Below are positions 10,094 to 20,671 of a DNA stretch of 64,000 nt, piece by piece. The position numbers were made by a program, and so were the translations under genes. How positions within the stretch are numbered: the first letter of the stretch is position 1; each line of letters begins with the position of its first letter. The notes under the pieces were generated by a model. That model was not told the DNA's origin, did no database searches, and worked only from the letters and a program-made list of their open reading frames with translations. Source of the stretch: Candidatus Bathyarchaeota archaeon (lineage in GTDB: Archaea > Thermoproteota > Bathyarchaeia > Bathyarchaeales > Bathyarchaeaceae); NCBI GenBank assembly GCA_963697165.1, contig CAVOMX010000009.1:55554-119553 (forward strand). The letters are read 5' to 3'.

Positions 10094-11374
10094 GTGAACA
10101 AAGAATTTCTCGAAGACTATCAAAAAAAAGAATTAGAAGAATACAGATCGTATTGCAATAAAATTGATCTTGAAAGTTTCTCATTTAAAAAATTTCCATA
10201 TCCACCAGATGAACGTTTCGTTAAAATTAAAAAACCAGTAACAATTGCAAGTAATGAATCATTAAAAGGGGATGCAATTTGGGCACAATTACCTTTTACT
10301 GGTTCTTTAATTTTTCCAATATTTGATATTCCAAAAAGAAGATTTGAAGAAATCTTTTTCCAAACGAAAGAAATCCCAAAATTAATTGATTATGTTAAGG
10401 AAACAGGAAAGTTACAATTTGTTTTAATCGGGGATCTCAAAAGATTTGAAAAATATGATTATTTGGAACCAATATTTACAGAATTGAAACCTCCAATGCT
10501 TTTTGGAATTAGTACCCACGATTTAGGTAATAAAAAAGATATAATTGAGGCTGGAATGAAGTTTGAAACCCTTGCTAATGTAAATTATTCACGTTTCGTC
10601 TGGGAAGAATCACAACAAAAGGGCAGCTTTGCTTATAAACCAATAATGGATAGCTGTTCATCAACATATGTAAAGTTAAAAATGCTTCATTTTGACGCAA
10701 TTATGGAATCTCTTGAGAACTACATGATTGTCGATCCATACAAAGCATTCTTTATGTTTGATTTATGTAGTAAGTATATTGTTAGTCCATTAACCACACT
10801 TAGACATGAAGGAATTAATTCAACAACTGAAGAAATTCAAAAACTAAAAAATCTAATTCCAGATCATAAACTTGAGGAAACCATATTTCCAGTTGAAATT
10901 GGAAAGTTCCTCTTGAATAAACTAACTCGCGCCCCCAAAGGGCAATATGCTTGTAATGAATTAATTAGCCATTATGAAGATTACGATTTAAGAAAAATTG
11001 TTCTCGCTTTAAACACCGCTATTGTTGAAAATCAATTTTATGACATAGAGCAAAATATTGAAACACTGTCGGAAATTCTTGAAAACGTATGGTCTGACCC
11101 CCTAATTAAGACAAGGATTGAACTCCAAAAATATGCTGTTCTAATAATATTTGCAGCAATTGGGATTAAAATTGCACAATTAGAGGGGGGCGTGGGAGGA
11201 TTTCTTACAGGAATTGGGATTACTGTTACTGTTTTAAACAAATATATTGATAAAGAAGGTGACAAGATTTTTGAAAAAATAGCCAAGTTGCGTTGTCGAG
11301 GACATCAGGTTAACATTTTTGATTTTCAAAAAACATACAAAAATATAATCCCTCAAAATAACACAAAGAGTTGA
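10094..11374 (+). CDS. hypothetical protein with a C-terminal hydrophobic hairpin
   Basis: Intact 426-aa AT-rich ORF lying between two repeat sites; no family recognised. Confidence 0.75.
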   Translation: MNKEFLEDYQKKELEEYRSYCNKIDLESFSFKKFPYPPDERFVKIKKPVTIASNESLKGDAIWAQLPFTGSLIFPIFDIPKRRFEEIFFQTKEIPKLIDYVKETGKLQFVLIGDLKRFEKYDYLEPIFTELKPPMLFGISTHDLGNKKDIIEAGMKFETLANVNYSRFVWEESQQKGSFAYKPIMDSCSSTYVKLKMLHFDAIMESLENYMIVDPYKAFFMFDLCSKYIVSPLTTLRHEGINSTTEEIQKLKNLIPDHKLEETIFPVEIGKFLLNKLTRAPKGQYACNELISHYEDYDLRKIVLALNTAIVENQFYDIEQNIETLSEILENVWSDPLIKTRIELQKYAVLIIFAAIGIKIAQLEGGVGGFLTGIGITVTVLNKYIDKEGDKIFEKIAKLRCRGHQVNIFDFQKTYKNIIPQNNTKS

Positions 11375-11539
11375 TAATGCATTTTATGTTACCTTTTAAC
11401 ACGGGGTGATAGAGATTCTTAGTCAAATAGCAGTAAGTTAGTTAAATAAAACGTTACCTTTTTTATGCTATTTCAATATGAAAAACCAATGTTTACTTAT
11501 TGTTTTGATAGTATGTTTTCCCTCACATAAAGTGGGTTT

Positions 11540-11593
11540 CTATTAACACATCTCAGCGAAAAGCTTCCAGAAAATTTATTTTCCAACAACGAG
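11540..11593 (+). repeat. island repeat site (degenerate X-Y) at the island/core boundary
   Basis: ctattaacacatctcagcgaaaagcttccagaaaatttattttccaac. Confidence 0.8.
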
Positions 11594-11755
11594 CCTATAT
11601 GCAGTTTGTAGCTGAAAAGAAAAGTCTCATAATAAAGAAGGCTTTTTAGGGTAATCTTTTCTCCCTACTTGCATGGTTTGGCATTCTATTAACAGAAGTG
11701 CTATTTACTTACTAAAAAAAGTTAGTTATGTCAGAATAGCAGTAGTTTGGCAGGG

Positions 11756-12929
11756 ATGAAATACGAATAAGGTAGCAATTATTGGGGTGGGTCACAGCAG
11801 ATTTGGAGACCGCTCAGACGTTAACCTTTCCGAGTTATCGTTTGAGGCAATTCAGCCATCCCTTGAAAGTTCAGGATTATTTGCCAAAGATGTTCCCTAC
11901 ATGGCTCTTGGGTCGATGGGTGTCTGGTCAGAGGAGCCTTTACCCGCCGTTGTAATAGCAGAATACTGTGGATTAACAGGAGCAGGATTGGTTAGATGCG
12001 AGGCAGCCTGTGCTTCAGGAAGCGCCGCCGCATTCAATGCCTATTCTGCAGTCAGGAGCGGTCAGATGGACACAGCATTAGTTGTTGGTGTGGAGAAGAT
12101 GAGGCAGATAGACATGCCAACCGTGTTGGAGATTATTGGCAGAGCAGGATATTACATGTGGGAGTTCGAAAATTTTGGCATGACATTTCCAGCATATTAT
12201 GCTGTTCATGCAGTTCAGCATATGGAAAAGTATGGCACCACAGAGGATGACCTTGCTAATGTTGCCGTGAAAAGCCATAAGTATGGTGCCATGAATCCGA
12301 TGGCTCATCTACGACATGAGATAACTGTGGAGAAGGCGCTAGGTTCAAGCGTGATTGCGTGGCCATTGAAGCTCTATGATTGTTGTCCAATAACGGATGG
12401 CTCGGCAGCAGTTGTTTTAGCGTCTGAAGCGAAGGTAAAGGAGCTGGGAATCGAAGATCCTGTGTGGATAGAAGCTATGGGTGTTGCTTCGGATACTGCT
12501 AACATTTCCAAGAGAGAAAGTTATGTGGGTTTGGATGCTTCTGTAAGGGCGTCAAGAATGGCGTATAGGATGGCGGGAATATCGTCAAAAGATGTGGATG
12601 TTGCAAATGTTCATGATTGTTTTACCATCGCAGAAATCATGGCTTATGAAGACTTGGGCTTTTGTGAGAAGGGCGAAGGAGCAACTATGGTCAGGGAAGG
12701 CGAGACAGAGGTGGGTGGCAGAATTCCAGTTAATGTTGATGGGGGATTGAAGTCTAAGGGGCATCCAATTGGAACCACAGGTGTTTCCATGCTTGTGGAA
12801 CTGACAAAACAGTTACGTGAAGAGGTTAGACCGAATAGTAGACAGGCTGCCATGAAGAATTACATTGCCTTGGCTCATAACACTGGGGGAACAGGTCACT
12901 ATGGCTACGTGACGATACTTCGGAGATGA
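11756..12929 (+). CDS. archaeal thiolase (acetyl-CoA C-acyltransferase, SCP-x type)
   Basis: Motifs EAACASG, DCCPITDGSAA, VHDCFT, GGLKSKGHPIG, HNTGG. The ATG at 11756 needs one indel to join KVAIIGVGH. Confidence 0.93.
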
Positions 12930-13366
12930 AAAAATTGGATAAGCCGTTATTATTGAAAAGTGCCAGAACATTAAGGATAACATATAGTCTGCCGATAAGC
13001 AGAACCTCAAAGTTCTGGGAGGGACTTAAAGAGGGAAAAGTTTACGCTACAACATGTAAAAAGTGTGGAAAACTGCATTTTCCTCCTGTGGCGGATTGTG
13101 GAGCATGCGGTTCATCTGAGGTAGAGTGGATTGAGTTGAATGGGGAGGGCGAGGTTGTGACTTTTACTCAGGTTTTTGTTAAGCCAGCTAGCTTCTCAGA
13201 GGAACCCGCATACATTGTTGCGATTGCTCGGCTCAAGGAGGGCGTTAAGGCGTTGGCTTGGCTGACTGGCGTTGAAAGAGAAGATGTGAAGGTGGGAATG
13301 AAGGTCAAGCTTGCAGCAAAGGTTTTCTCTGACAAAAGAGTTGCCTACGAGTTTGTTCCAGTCTAG
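12926..13366 (+). CDS. DUF35 family Zn-ribbon/OB-fold thiolase partner
   Basis: CKKCG...FPP...CGACG zinc ribbon followed by an OB fold; overlaps the thiolase stop codon. Confidence 0.93.
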   Translation: MKKLDKPLLLKSARTLRITYSLPISRTSKFWEGLKEGKVYATTCKKCGKLHFPPVADCGACGSSEVEWIELNGEGEVVTFTQVFVKPASFSEEPAYIVAIARLKEGVKALAWLTGVEREDVKVGMKVKLAAKVFSDKRVAYEFVPV

Positions 13367-13374
13367 AAGAAAGG

Positions 13375-14580
13375 GTGATGGAAACGACAGATAATGAGAT
13401 TCAACGGGTAGCAGTTATTGGAACTGGATTGATGGGACATGGAATAGCGCAGGTTTTTGCAGTTAAGGGCTATGATGTCTATCTTTTGAGCCGAAGCAGG
13501 GACAGTTTGGATATGGCAGTTCAGGAGATTAAGTGGAGTCTTTGTAAGTTCGTCGAAAAAGGCGCTATTAGCAGCGGTGAAGCGGAGGCGGCTTCGTCAA
13601 GAATCAGGACAACCACTTTGTATGATGAAGCAGTAGCTGATGTTGATTTGGTTTTGGAGTCTGTCTCGGAAAACATGAAGTTGAAGAGGCATGTCTTCTC
13701 GAAGATTGATGGAATAGCTCCTTCCCATGCGATAATAGCGACTAACACGTCCACATTGAGCGTAACAGAGATGGGAAAGGCAACAAAAAGACCAGAGATG
13801 ACTGTTGGAATGCACTGGTTTATTCCGCCACAGTTGACGCAGCTTATTGAGGTAATTAGGGGCGAAGAAACCAGCAGCGATACTCTAAACGCCATAATGA
13901 ATGTTAGCAGAAAGCTTGGAAAGACGCCGATACTATGCAAGAAGGATAACCGCGGATTTATTGTCAGCAGGATTCTTGTTGCAATGTTTAACGAGGCATT
14001 CTGGACGTATAGTCGCAAAGAAGCTTCTATGCAAGAGATAGACTCATCTGTAAGATATGGTGGCGGTTTTCCGATGGGCTGGTTTGAGCTTGTTGATTTT
14101 GTTGGGGTAGACGTAGAATATGATGTTAGCAAGATACTGCATGAAGCCCACGGCGAAAGGTATCGTCCATATCTAGAACTCACTGAGCCTTTGGTCAAAG
14201 CAAAGAAGCTTGGTCGAAAGACGGGATTGGGATTTTATGACTGGAGCAGAGGCAGACCAGCTATACCCTCAGAGTTTAAGGGAAGGTATGATGTGGAGCG
14301 TTCTTGGGCTGTTGCCTCAAATGAGGCGGCATGGATGGTTCTTGAGGATGTTGCCGAGCCTGAGAGCATAGACTTGGGGATGAAGCTAGGGACTGGATGG
14401 CCTTCTGGTCCCTGCGAGTATGCCGACAAAAAAGGATTAGATATGATTCTGGAGAAACTGGAGGCAGCCTACAGCAGACACCCAATCGAATTGTATAAGC
14501 CGTGTCCTCTGCTCAAAGATTATGTGAAGAAGGGTTGGACAGGAAAAAAAGCAAGAAAAGGATTCTACAAATACACCTAG
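13375..14580 (+). CDS. 3-hydroxyacyl-CoA dehydrogenase (duplicated C-terminal domain)
   Basis: Motifs GTGLMGHGIA, ATNTSTL, GMHWF, GFIVSR, GRKTGLGFYD, KGFYKY. Confidence 0.93.
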   Translation: MMETTDNEIQRVAVIGTGLMGHGIAQVFAVKGYDVYLLSRSRDSLDMAVQEIKWSLCKFVEKGAISSGEAEAASSRIRTTTLYDEAVADVDLVLESVSENMKLKRHVFSKIDGIAPSHAIIATNTSTLSVTEMGKATKRPEMTVGMHWFIPPQLTQLIEVIRGEETSSDTLNAIMNVSRKLGKTPILCKKDNRGFIVSRILVAMFNEAFWTYSRKEASMQEIDSSVRYGGGFPMGWFELVDFVGVDVEYDVSKILHEAHGERYRPYLELTEPLVKAKKLGRKTGLGFYDWSRGRPAIPSEFKGRYDVERSWAVASNEAAWMVLEDVAEPESIDLGMKLGTGWPSGPCEYADKKGLDMILEKLEAAYSRHPIELYKPCPLLKDYVKKGWTGKKARKGFYKYT

Positions 14581-14675
14581 AAAGCTTGGGATTTAAAAAA
14601 TACCAACACAAGGTTTAGGCAGTTAGCTGCAAGAAAACTTAAACACTACGGGATATACAAATGAGACGAACATAG

Positions 14676-15677
14676 TTGAATGCTCCAAAAGCAACAAAAA
14701 ATGCGTTAGAAAACGTTCTTGAAGCCAGCAGTAACGAAAAAATACTCATAATCTGCGATGAAGAAAAAACAAAAATTGGAGAAGCCTTCGCAACAGGCGC
14801 ATTAGCCCTAGACTTGTGGACAAGACTTGTAATTCTCCAAAAACAAAAAGAACTAAGAACAGAGATACCAGAACAGCTCAAAAAGATTTTAGCCCAAAAA
14901 GTGGACATTTACATTAATTTGTTAAGTGGAAACCGCGAAGAGACGCCATTCAGAATAAAACTAATAAAAACAGAAACATGCGACCACAAATCGCGTCTGG
15001 GACACTGCCCAGGAGTAACATTAGACATGCTAACTGAAGGAGCCTTAGCCCTAAATCCAGAAGAACATCAAAGAATGCAAAATCAAGCAGAGAAGCTCAT
15101 GTTTGCTCTAGAAGATACAGTAACGTTGGAGATTTGTAATCCGTCGGGAACCAATTTGACTTTGCGCACAAATAATCGAAAATTCTTTACAGACACGAAA
15201 CTGGACTGGGAAAAAATGAAGTGGATGAATCTTCCCACAGGCGAAGTTATCGTTGCGCCAGTTGAGGATTCGTTAAATGGAAAACTTGTTTGCGACATGG
15301 CAGTTGGCGGAATCGGCAAATTAAGAAAACCTGTAGAAGTGACAGTCAAGAACGGAAGAGCAGAAAAAGTGTTTTCGCAGGACAAAGAGCAGCTACGCAG
15401 AATCAAAGAAACTTTTCAGACAGACAACTGGGCAGACATTGTTGGAGAGTTTGCTTTTGGAATCAACCCTAAGGCAAGGTTTGTAGACGAGTTTCTTGAA
15501 GCAGAAAAAATTTTGGGGACAATTCATGTTGCTTTTGGGTCAAACATGGACATGCCCGGAGGCAAAAACCCGTCAAAGAATCACATTGACATGCTAATCT
15601 CTGAGCCCACAGTAAAGGCTACCAAACAGAATGGAGAAACAGTCACGATACTAAAGAAGGGCACCTTCCAAATCTGA
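14676..15677 (+). CDS. M29-family (thermophilic metallo-) aminopeptidase
   Basis: Motifs NLPTGEV, GEFAFGINP, EAEKILGTIHVAFG, HIDM. Confidence 0.88.
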   Translation: MNAPKATKNALENVLEASSNEKILIICDEEKTKIGEAFATGALALDLWTRLVILQKQKELRTEIPEQLKKILAQKVDIYINLLSGNREETPFRIKLIKTETCDHKSRLGHCPGVTLDMLTEGALALNPEEHQRMQNQAEKLMFALEDTVTLEICNPSGTNLTLRTNNRKFFTDTKLDWEKMKWMNLPTGEVIVAPVEDSLNGKLVCDMAVGGIGKLRKPVEVTVKNGRAEKVFSQDKEQLRRIKETFQTDNWADIVGEFAFGINPKARFVDEFLEAEKILGTIHVAFGSNMDMPGGKNPSKNHIDMLISEPTVKATKQNGETVTILKKGTFQI

Positions 15678-15700
15678 ATTACAGAGAAGTAACATAGATT

Positions 15701-15990
15701 CTATGAGGTGAAAACTGTTTCCTTGTTTTCGTTGAAGGATTCTTGAAGCAGTTTTCCCAACGTTTTACACGAGTCTTGCTCAATCATCTTGTTACGTGCT
15801 AAATCCTGAAGCATCATATAGAAGTTGTCTTTGTTCATTACTCCCGTTTGCATCAACTCGTTTAGTGTTTCCACCTCTTTATGCGTATAGTATCCTGCTT
15901 TCTTGCAAGGTAAAGCACAATAACTACAAGAACGATCACCAGAGAGGCTAGAGGCAGAATCAGGAAAAGAAATTCTGTAGGATCATACCA
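15701..15990 (-). CDS. small membrane-anchored protein (frameshifted; not in ORF track)
   Basis: Manual translation gives YDPTEFLFLILPLASLVIVLVVIVLYLARKQD/KEVETLNELMQTGVMNKDNF...; start codon uncertain. Confidence 0.4.
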
Positions 15991-16165
15991 ACACGAAGGC
16001 AACAACAAATAAACCAGTTATGAATTCCAACTAACATGGGTAGGTTAATGCCTTTAACTCCAGAAAAAAACATATGGAAACGAAAAAGAGATACAGTAAA
16101 ACACCATAAACAAGTATAATCGAACAAAACATAGAAGCAACATGCAAAGGACAGTGTGATAAACA

Positions 16166-17391
16166 ATGAAGTATTTAATTATTGTTGGAGACGGAATGGC
16201 AGATTATCACGTGTTCCGAATTAGATGACAAGACTCCTCTCCAGGCAGCAAACAAGCCAAATATGGACATGGTCGCCACAAAGGACGAAATGGACTCCTC
16301 AAAACAGTGCCAAACGGTTTGACTCCCGGCTCAGGCACCGCAATTCTTTCAGTTCTCGGCTACGACCCCACAAGATATTATACGGGAAGAGGACCGTTCG
16401 AAGCCGCTGCAAGAAAAATCAAACTAGGCAAAAACGACGTAGTATACAGATGCAATACCATCACTGAAAAGGATGGAAAAATAGTCGATTATTCTGCAGG
16501 TCACATAACAAGCAGTGAATCTGCGCAGTTAATTGAAGACGTTGAAAATGAAACTGGAAAAACCAGACAATGTTGAGTTCTTTGCTGGTTTAGGTTATAG
16601 ACATTTCTTGATATTGAGAGATTATTTGAACGAGGAAATTGTCGAGTTTACGCCACCACACGATGCCGATAGGAAAAGAAATTTTTGAGATTTTACCAAG
16701 AGCCAAAACAGCAGAGGCACAAAGCACCGCGGACTTGTTGAGTAGAGATGATTCTTGAATCTAAAGAGGTTCTGGAAAGATCATCCAGTTAACGTTGCTA
16801 GAAGAAGATTCGGGCAAAAGATCTGGAAACTTGATTTGGCCTTGGGGCGGGGGCAAAACACCGGTTATGCCGTCATTCAGGGAAAAGTATGGTGTGTCGT
16901 CTGCGGTTATTTCTGCTGTTGACTTGGTTAAAGGAATTGGTGTTTACGCAAAAATGAAGATTGTCGAAGTTCCGGGTGCTACTGGTTTGTATGATACAAA
17001 CTATGAGGGCAAAGCAGATTATGCGTTAGAGGCTCTTGAAAATTATGATATGGTGTTTGTTCACGTTGAGGCACCAGATGAGGCAGGGCACTCTAAAGAT
17101 TACGAGCTTAAGGTGAGGACAATAGAGGACTTGGACAAGACGGTTGACTTGGAAGGTTACTGGATGGACTAAAAGAAGAGTGTGTTGTTGCGGTTTTGCC
17201 TGATCATCCGACGCCAATCAGGATTGGCACTCATACGAGAGACCCTGTGCCATTCGCAGTTTACTCTCCAAGTGTTAAAGGTGATTCAGGTGAAACGGTT
17301 TGATGAGGACTCTGCCAAGAAGGGAGAGGTTGGGTTGATAGAGGGTGAAGCATTTATGTCGCTTGTTCTGGGAAAAGAATCTGTCAAGTAA
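16166..17391 (+). CDS. apgM: ApgM-family cofactor-independent phosphoglycerate mutase-like protein (several frameshifts)
   Basis: Motifs [66 protein letters not shown]. Confidence 0.88.
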
Positions 17392-17440
17392 CCACTTAAC
17401 TATGAAATATAGAGCAGTTAACAGAACTTGTCTGTCCTGT

Positions 17441-17665
17441 TTATTCGATGTACTTTGTCAGCACCTTAGAGATGGACTTCACAGTTGCCTGTAGCCCCTT
17501 AACGACGATTATCATCTCGTTTTTTGTTTTTGCTGACACCTGTTTCTGTTTCAGCAAATCCACTATTTTGGCTGTTTCCACAAAAATTTGATATTGATGA
17601 TGATCTATTTGCTCAGCCCAGTGTTTGAAGGCGTCCCTGAATTCCATGTCTTCTGAATCACTCAT
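17441..17665 (-). CDS. hypothetical helical protein
   Basis: Intact 74-aa ORF with ATG start and a plausible SD. Confidence 0.6.
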   Translation of the reverse strand: MSDSEDMEFRDAFKHWAEQIDHHQYQIFVETAKIVDLLKQKQVSAKTKNEMIIVVKGLQATVKSISKVLTKYIE

Positions 17666-17867
17666 TGTTTTAGCACCGTTCTGAACGTAGAGAATACACA
17701 GATTAATTAGACAATCGTAACAAAAAGGTGTTTTCTGCCATTTCGTGAACTAAAGAACAAAAAAATAACTTAACACTTTCTTGAACGTGATTAGTTATTT
17801 ATAAAACGTAACCGTAATAGAGAAGATTCAACATACAACATTAAACATACCCTAAGAGTGAACAAAA

Positions 17868-18892
17868 ATGAGGATAATCTTGGTGGGATGGGGAGTAGTC
17901 GGACAAAGCTTCGCCCAAATCATTGCACACAGAAAAAAGGAGCTGGCCAAAAAATACGGCTTTCGCCCCCGAATCGTAGCAATAGTCGACAAAAAGGGAG
18001 CAGCCATAAACCCAAAAGGACTAGACCTAGAACAAATGCTGTCCCTCAAAAAAGAGAAAGGAACAGTATCAGCAAGCATCCAACATGGACACCCCAACAT
18101 GACAGCACTAGAAGCCATAGAATCCGTTGAGGCAGAGGCCATAGTCGAAGTGACACCCACTAACATCGAAACCGCAGAACCAGGATTATCCTACATCAAA
18201 ACAGCATTCAAAACAGGAAAACATGTAGTCACAACAAACAAGGGACCACTAGCCTTGGCATTGCCAGCCCTAACAGAGTTGGCAGACTACAACAAAGTTT
18301 ACTTGAGATTCAGTGGAACCGTGGGCGCAGGAACCCCGTTTCTTGAATTCGCCAAAAATTGCCTCCAAGGCGATAGAATAGTTTCCATTAGCGGCATACT
18401 GAATGGAACCACAAACTACATTCTCTCAGAGATGGACGAAAAACACATCACATTCGATGAAGCTCTAAAAGCAGCCCAAAAACTTGGATACGCCGAGGCA
18501 GACCCAACAATGGACGTTGACGGCTATGACGCAGCCGCCAAACTGGTCATCATGGCAAACTGGATAATGGACAAGAAAGTCACTATCAAAGACGTAAAAG
18601 TCAAGGGCATCCGCGACGTATCAGCCCAAAACATAGAGGACGCCGCAAAAAAGGGCGTACAATAAAACTCATAGGCTCCATCGGAGAAACTCTAAAAGTG
18701 GAACCAACACAAATATCCAAACATGATCCCCTAGCAGTAGACGGAGCACTCAACGCCGTAACCTTCGTCTCAGAATCCGCGGGCGAACAAACCATTATTG
18801 GACGGGGAGCAGGCGGAATGGAAACCGCCAGCGCAGTATTAAGGGATCTACTAGACATAAAACAGAACCTAGCAAACAAGATGATAAAATAA
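17868..18892 (+). CDS. hom: homoserine dehydrogenase (frameshift near 18655)
   Basis: Motifs GWGVVG, VVTTNKGP, GILNGTTNYIL, GYAEADPTMDVDG, GRGAGGMETASAV. Confidence 0.95.
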
Positions 18893-18907
18893 AACGAGGA
18901 AAACGAC

Positions 18908-20318
18908 TTGAAGAATATTGTGATGAAATTCGGAGGCACATCCGTATCAAACGGCAAAAACATCCGCCACGTAGCCAAACTAATAGCAGACAACCGAAGC
19001 AACGACTGCAGAGTTGTTGCCGTAGTTTCAGCCTTAGAAGGCGTCACAAACCAGCTTATCCAAGCGGCAGAAGAAGCAAAAAAGGGAAACCGTGAATACA
19101 TCCACAAATTCAAGCAGGAAATACTTGAAAGACACTTAACTACCGCAAAAGAAGCCATCAAAAATAAACAGTTAGAAGATGCTGCTGAGCATGTTGTTAA
19201 AGCAAGGATCTGTGAGCTTGAGCAGGTTTTAACAGGAATCGTTTTTGTCGGCGAACTTACACCAAAATCAAGAGACACAGTCATCTCTTTCGGAGAAAAA
19301 TTGTCTGCACCCATCGTCAGCGGAGCACTCAAAGACATTGGACTCGAGTCTGAGCATCTTACAGGAGGAGAAGCAGGAATAGTAACCGACAACAATTTTG
19401 GGGAAGCAGGGCTCCTCCTGAACTTTACCAAATATCAACTCAAAAAGAACCTGGAACCAATGCTGAAGAAAGAGAACCGTTCCAGTATTGACGGGTTTTA
19501 TAGCGGCAACGCAAGACGGAGAAACCACAACGTTAGGCAGGGGAGGCTCAGACTACACCGCCACAATTGTGGGAGCTGCATTAGAAGCTGACGAGGTTTG
19601 GATATGGACCGACGTGGACGGACTTATGACTTCTGACCCTAAAATTGTTCCAGAAGCGAAAATAATTCCTGAAATGTCATTCCAAGAAGCCACAGAACTA
19701 ACAATATTCGGAGCCAAAGCAATGCACCCCAGAGCTTTGGAACCAGCCCGAAAAGATGGAATACCTGTCAGAATCAGAAACGTGTTTAACCCAGACAATC
19801 CCGGAACCCTCATATTACAAGACGAGCAAATCAAAACAAAAGACGGAGTAAAAGCAGTAACCATAGTCAAGAACGTTGCCGTAATAACAGTCAGCGGAGC
19901 AGGCATGGTCGGCGCGCCCGGAACAGCCGCAAAAGTATTTGAAGTTCTTGGAAAAGAAAACATCAACATCCTAATGATATCTCAGAGCGTCTCAGAAGCA
20001 AACATTTCATTAGTTATTCAACGAAACCTGCTGGAACGAGCAGTTAACACCCTAGAGATAGCCCTGCTAGGCAGAGACTTTATCCGCGAAGTAATGTCCG
20101 AAGACGACGTTTGCGTAGTCGCGGTTTTGGGTGCAGGCATGAAAGGAATACCTGGAGTAGCTTCAAGAATATTTTCAGCTGTTTCACAGAAAGGAATAAA
20201 CGTTCGCATGATAGCACAGGGCTCATCTGAACTTAACGTTTCGTTTGTAGTTAAAGAAAAAGATGGAACAGAAACCGTTCGGGCAATCCACAAAGAGTTC
20301 AAGTTGAGCACAAAATAA
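18908..20318 (+). CDS. lysC: aspartate kinase with ACT domains (frameshift near 19470)
   Basis: Motifs VMKFGGTSV, TTLGRGGSDYTA, WTDVDG, and two ACT domains (SQSVSEANIS, QGSSELNVS). Confidence 0.95.
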
Positions 20319-20404
20319 TCCCAAAAAATTCCCTACGTTTCTACTTGTCGTTACGCATGAGGACTAAAGGATAAGATTTTAAACGGTCAAGATAGACTAT
20401 ATAT

Positions 20405-20464
20405 TATGTGATGAGGGACACCATTCTGAGCTCTCGTGATGATGAGATGGAGCGACTCTGAAGC
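20405..20464 (+). ncRNA. box C/D methylation guide sRNA
   Basis: Box C GTGATGA 20408-20414, 11-nt guide, D' CTGA 20426-20429, C' ATGATGA 20439-20445, 12-nt guide, D CTGA 20458-20461. A TATA-like TTTTAAA lies at 20377-20383. Confidence 0.88.
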
Positions 20465-20671
20465 AGCTTTACAGTTCTTGCCCAAAAATGGGTCAAGGAC
20501 TACTGGACGCTTGATGTGACGTAACCGTTACAGGACCAGAAAAGCGGATGAAAGCAAAAGCAAAACTCCAGCCGAAGCATGTGAAATAATGTTTAATAGT
20601 GGCTAGTTGGTTGGTAAACATAAAACTTTAAGAATAACACTTTGAACTAACATGGAAGGAAAACGATCACC

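Noticed and set aside
31..11593. CRISPR array or canonical integron attC array
   Set aside because: The repeats are hundreds of bases to kilobases apart with no regular spacers, lack paired RYYYAAC/GTTRRRY ends, and no cas or intI gene is in the window.
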